Position numbers and translations under genes: made by a program. Under the pieces are notes generated by a model. That model searched no databases. It was not told the DNA's origin and saw nothing but the letters and a program-made list of their open reading frames with translations. Below are positions 61,442-64,000 of a stretch of DNA of 64,000 nucleotides, one piece after another (position 1 is the first letter of the stretch; the number at the start of each line of letters is the position of its first letter). Origin of the DNA: Tetramitus jugosus (taxonomy: Eukaryota; Protista; Heterolobosea); the NCBI GenBank assembly GCA_937625935.1, contig OW569378.1, forward strand, positions 393,454 through 457,453, in the 5' to 3' direction.

Positions 61442-63440
61442 GGGTTTGGGTTTGGGTTTGGGGTACGCAGTATTTAAATAACCTGCTTTTTTAAACGTTT
61501 CCTTTTTAGGCAGGTTGTTTTTTGAGATTTTTTACTGCTCTAAAAGCTTCAACTGACTGAGTTGAAGAGTTTGGTGTAATTTTCAACTCTATTGGAGCTT
61601 TATCAGCTCGTAGAGCCGATATATCTGTGCTATATTTATCATATTTTTATCGGTAACAGTGATAAAACTGCAACAGATTTTAGATGACTTTGATTCTATA
61701 CTGGGGGTAAGACGTACGAGTGAATCATGATTTCTTTGTTTTGGATCAGAGTATTGGGACATTATTTAATCATTTTTAACATGATTTCCTACTAGCGGTA
61801 TTTTTTGACTTGATATCTTATGACTTGATTTCTGAAATTTTGACTGACTTGATTTTGCGTTTCTCTGAATGGAATCGACAGTTTTTATCAATTAATCACG
61901 TTAGAGTCAGATATTTTATCTATTATTGAGACTTTCGATATGAAATTCTGAACGACGCTGAAATAGTGAAGTTTCAAATTTGAATCGACTTTGTATTTGA
62001 AATGTCAGACTCAACCCTTCAGAAATCCACAGTACGAGCTTTTTCTAAATGAAAATTCAGATTTATGAATGTAATAGACTGAGAGTCTTGAAAAAAGTCT
62101 TCTTCTGAGAGAGATTAGCCTGACAGAATGAGACCTCAAATTTTAGATTGTTCTTGAATGCAGAGTTGAATACCCAGACCCAACCCGTCATAACTGAAGA
62201 CAAACAGAAATGATTACTCATTAAACGTGTATTGACTCACTTGATTGCCTCTAATCCTTTCAGATGTTGAGCCTTTGATAAGAAGATTTCTGTTTTCGAC
62301 AAAAACAAAGGAGTGAAGGTCAAAAGATGGAAATAGAAATGGACTGAGTGGTGTTAACTTTCATTTATCTTGTTTGACCAGATTTTAGATGGTAGATCGA
62401 TTCTGTTTTGAATTTGGATGAAATTTTTGATTTTTGATAAAGAAGTGAAGGGTTGGGGTAGGGTTTGGGGATACATCCAGGATTCCCCAACCTAAGGAAA
62501 CGATTTCCTTATATGGTAATTTTTTTTTTGAGATTTTTTATTGCTCTGGGAGCTTCAGCTGGATGAGATGAAGAGATTAGCGTGGTTTTCAACTCGACTT
62601 GAGCTTTATCGGTTCGTAGAGCCGATATATCTGTGCTGTGTTTAACAGATTTTTATCGGCAACAGTGTTAAAACTGCAACAGATTTTAGACGACTTTGAC
62701 TCTGTACTGGGGGTAAGACGTACGAATGAGACATGATTTCTTTGTTTTGGATCAGAGTATTGGGACATTATTTGATCATTTTTAACATGATTTCTTACTA
62801 ACTATACTTTTTGACTTGATATCTTATGACTTGTTTTTTCTGAAATTTTTACTGACTTGATTTTGCGTTTCTCTGAATAGAATCGACAGTTTTTATCAAA
62901 CAATCACGGTAGAATCAGATATTTTATCTGTTCCGAGACTTTTCGATATGAAATTCTGTAAGACAGTTAAATAGTGAAGTTTCAAATTTGAATCCCAGAC
63001 GCAACCCATCAGAAATACAGAGTACTAGCGTTTTCTGAATGACAATTCAGTTTTACCAAGGTAATAGACTGAAAATGCTGGGAAATATGGTTTTTCTGAG
63101 AGATATTAACTCTGATAGAATGAGAATCCCAATTTTGTATTTTGTTGAGTGCAGAGTTGAATACCCAAACCCAACCCGTCATAACTGAAGTGAAATAGAA
63201 TTGATAGCTCATAAAACATGTATTTACTCACTTGATTGCCTTTTATCCTTCCAGATGTTGAGCAATTAATGAGAAGATTTCTGTTTTCGACAAAAACAAA
63301 GGAGTGAACTTCACAAGATGGAAATAGAAATGGGCTGAGTAGTTTTAACTTCCATTTATCTTGCTTGACCATTTTTTAGATGATAGATCGATTCTGTTTG
63401 GAATTTGGATGAAATTTTTGATTTTTGAGAAGAAAGTAAA
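61442..63440. repeat. Two diverged tandem ~1-kb subtelomeric units, each starting with a short telomere-like tract
   Basis: Unit 1 is 61442-62449 and unit 2 is 62450-63440. Long shared blocks include cgtagagccgatatatctgtgct, gggggtaagacgtacga, catgatttctttgttttggatcagagtattgggacattattt and gaagatttctgttttcgacaaaaacaaaggagtgaa. Confidence 0.92.
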
Positions 63441-63949
63441 TTTGGGTTTGGGTTTGGGTTTGGGTTTGGGTTTGGGTTTGGGTTTGGGTTTGGGTTTGGG
63501 TTTGGGTTTGGGTTTGGGTTTGGGTTTGGGTTTGGGTTTGGGTTTGGGTTTGGGTTTGGGTTTGGGTTTGGGTTTGGGTTTGGGTTTGGGTTTGGGTTTG
63601 GGTTTGGGTTTGGGTTTGGGTTTGGGTTTGGGTTTGGGTTTGGGTTTGGGTTTGGGTTTGGGTTTGGGTTTGGGTTTGGGTTTGGGTTTGGGTTTGGGTT
63701 TGGGTTTGGGTTTGGGTTTGGGTTTGGGTTTGGGTTTGGGTTTGGGTTTGGGTTTGGGTTTGGGTTTGGGTTTGGGTTTGGGTTTGGGTTTGGGTTTGGG
63801 TTTGGGTTTGGGTTTGGGTTTGGGTTTGGGTTTGGGTTTGGGTTTGGGTTTGGGTTTGGGTTTGGGTTTGGGTTTGGGTTTGGGTTTGGGTTTGGGTTTG
63901 GGTTTGGGTTTGGGTTTGGGTTTGGGTTTGGGTTTGGGTTTGGGTTTGG
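63441..63949 (+). repeat. Telomeric repeat array (TTTGGG)n, about 84 copies
   Basis: Perfect hexamer array of 509 bp with the G-rich strand running towards the window end, downstream of typical subtelomeric decay. Confidence 0.93.
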
Positions 63950-64000
63950 ATATTTAATTTTTATTTAAATTTATATTTTTAATTTAAATTAAATTTAAAT
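63950..64000. other. A/T-only sequence distal to the telomeric array
   Basis: 51 nt with no G or C; repeated ATTTAAAT; contains the palindrome TTTAATTTAAATTAAA. Confidence 0.6.

Noticed and set aside
63106-63372. Protein encoded by the subtelomeric unit
   Set aside because: The ATG and reading frame are not conserved in the other copy (CTG start, early TGA).
63361-63957. 198-aa poly-(GL) ORF
   Set aside because: It is simply the translation of the TTTGGG array, starting at a non-ATG codon.

Overview
Eukaryotic (protist) chromosome end using the standard genetic code, with few short GT-AG introns and many CAA/AAC low-complexity tracts. The gene mix (Zn2Cys6 factor, villidin, ZBBX-like protein, divergent G-alpha) suggests a free-living amoeboflagellate such as a heterolobosean, but that placement is inference only. 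Positions 1-53.7 kb are gene-dense (about 27 genes), including ORC4, mRNA guanylyltransferase, a Med8-like protein, an ENT transporter, DJ-1/PfpI, a guanylate-binding protein and villidin. Positions 53.7-61.4 kb hold decayed transposon-like and pseudogene fragments. Positions 61.4-63.4 kb are two diverged ~1-kb subtelomeric units, each headed by a short telomere-like tract with four G-runs. These are followed by ~84 perfect TTTGGG repeats and a 51-nt tail of only A and T. The most notable observations are unusual domain architectures: a Kelch-TPR-pseudo-G-alpha fusion next to a degenerate Ras and a pseudo-Sec7 ARF-GEF; an EXD1-type exonuclease split by a MIF4G domain and followed by KH domains; a capping guanylyltransferase with a WWE-like insert; a villidin with two RRMs; a tandem-repeat peptide-precursor-like ORF; and a bacterial-type repeat adhesin in the subtelomere. 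All domain calls come from recognising motifs by eye; no database search was run.
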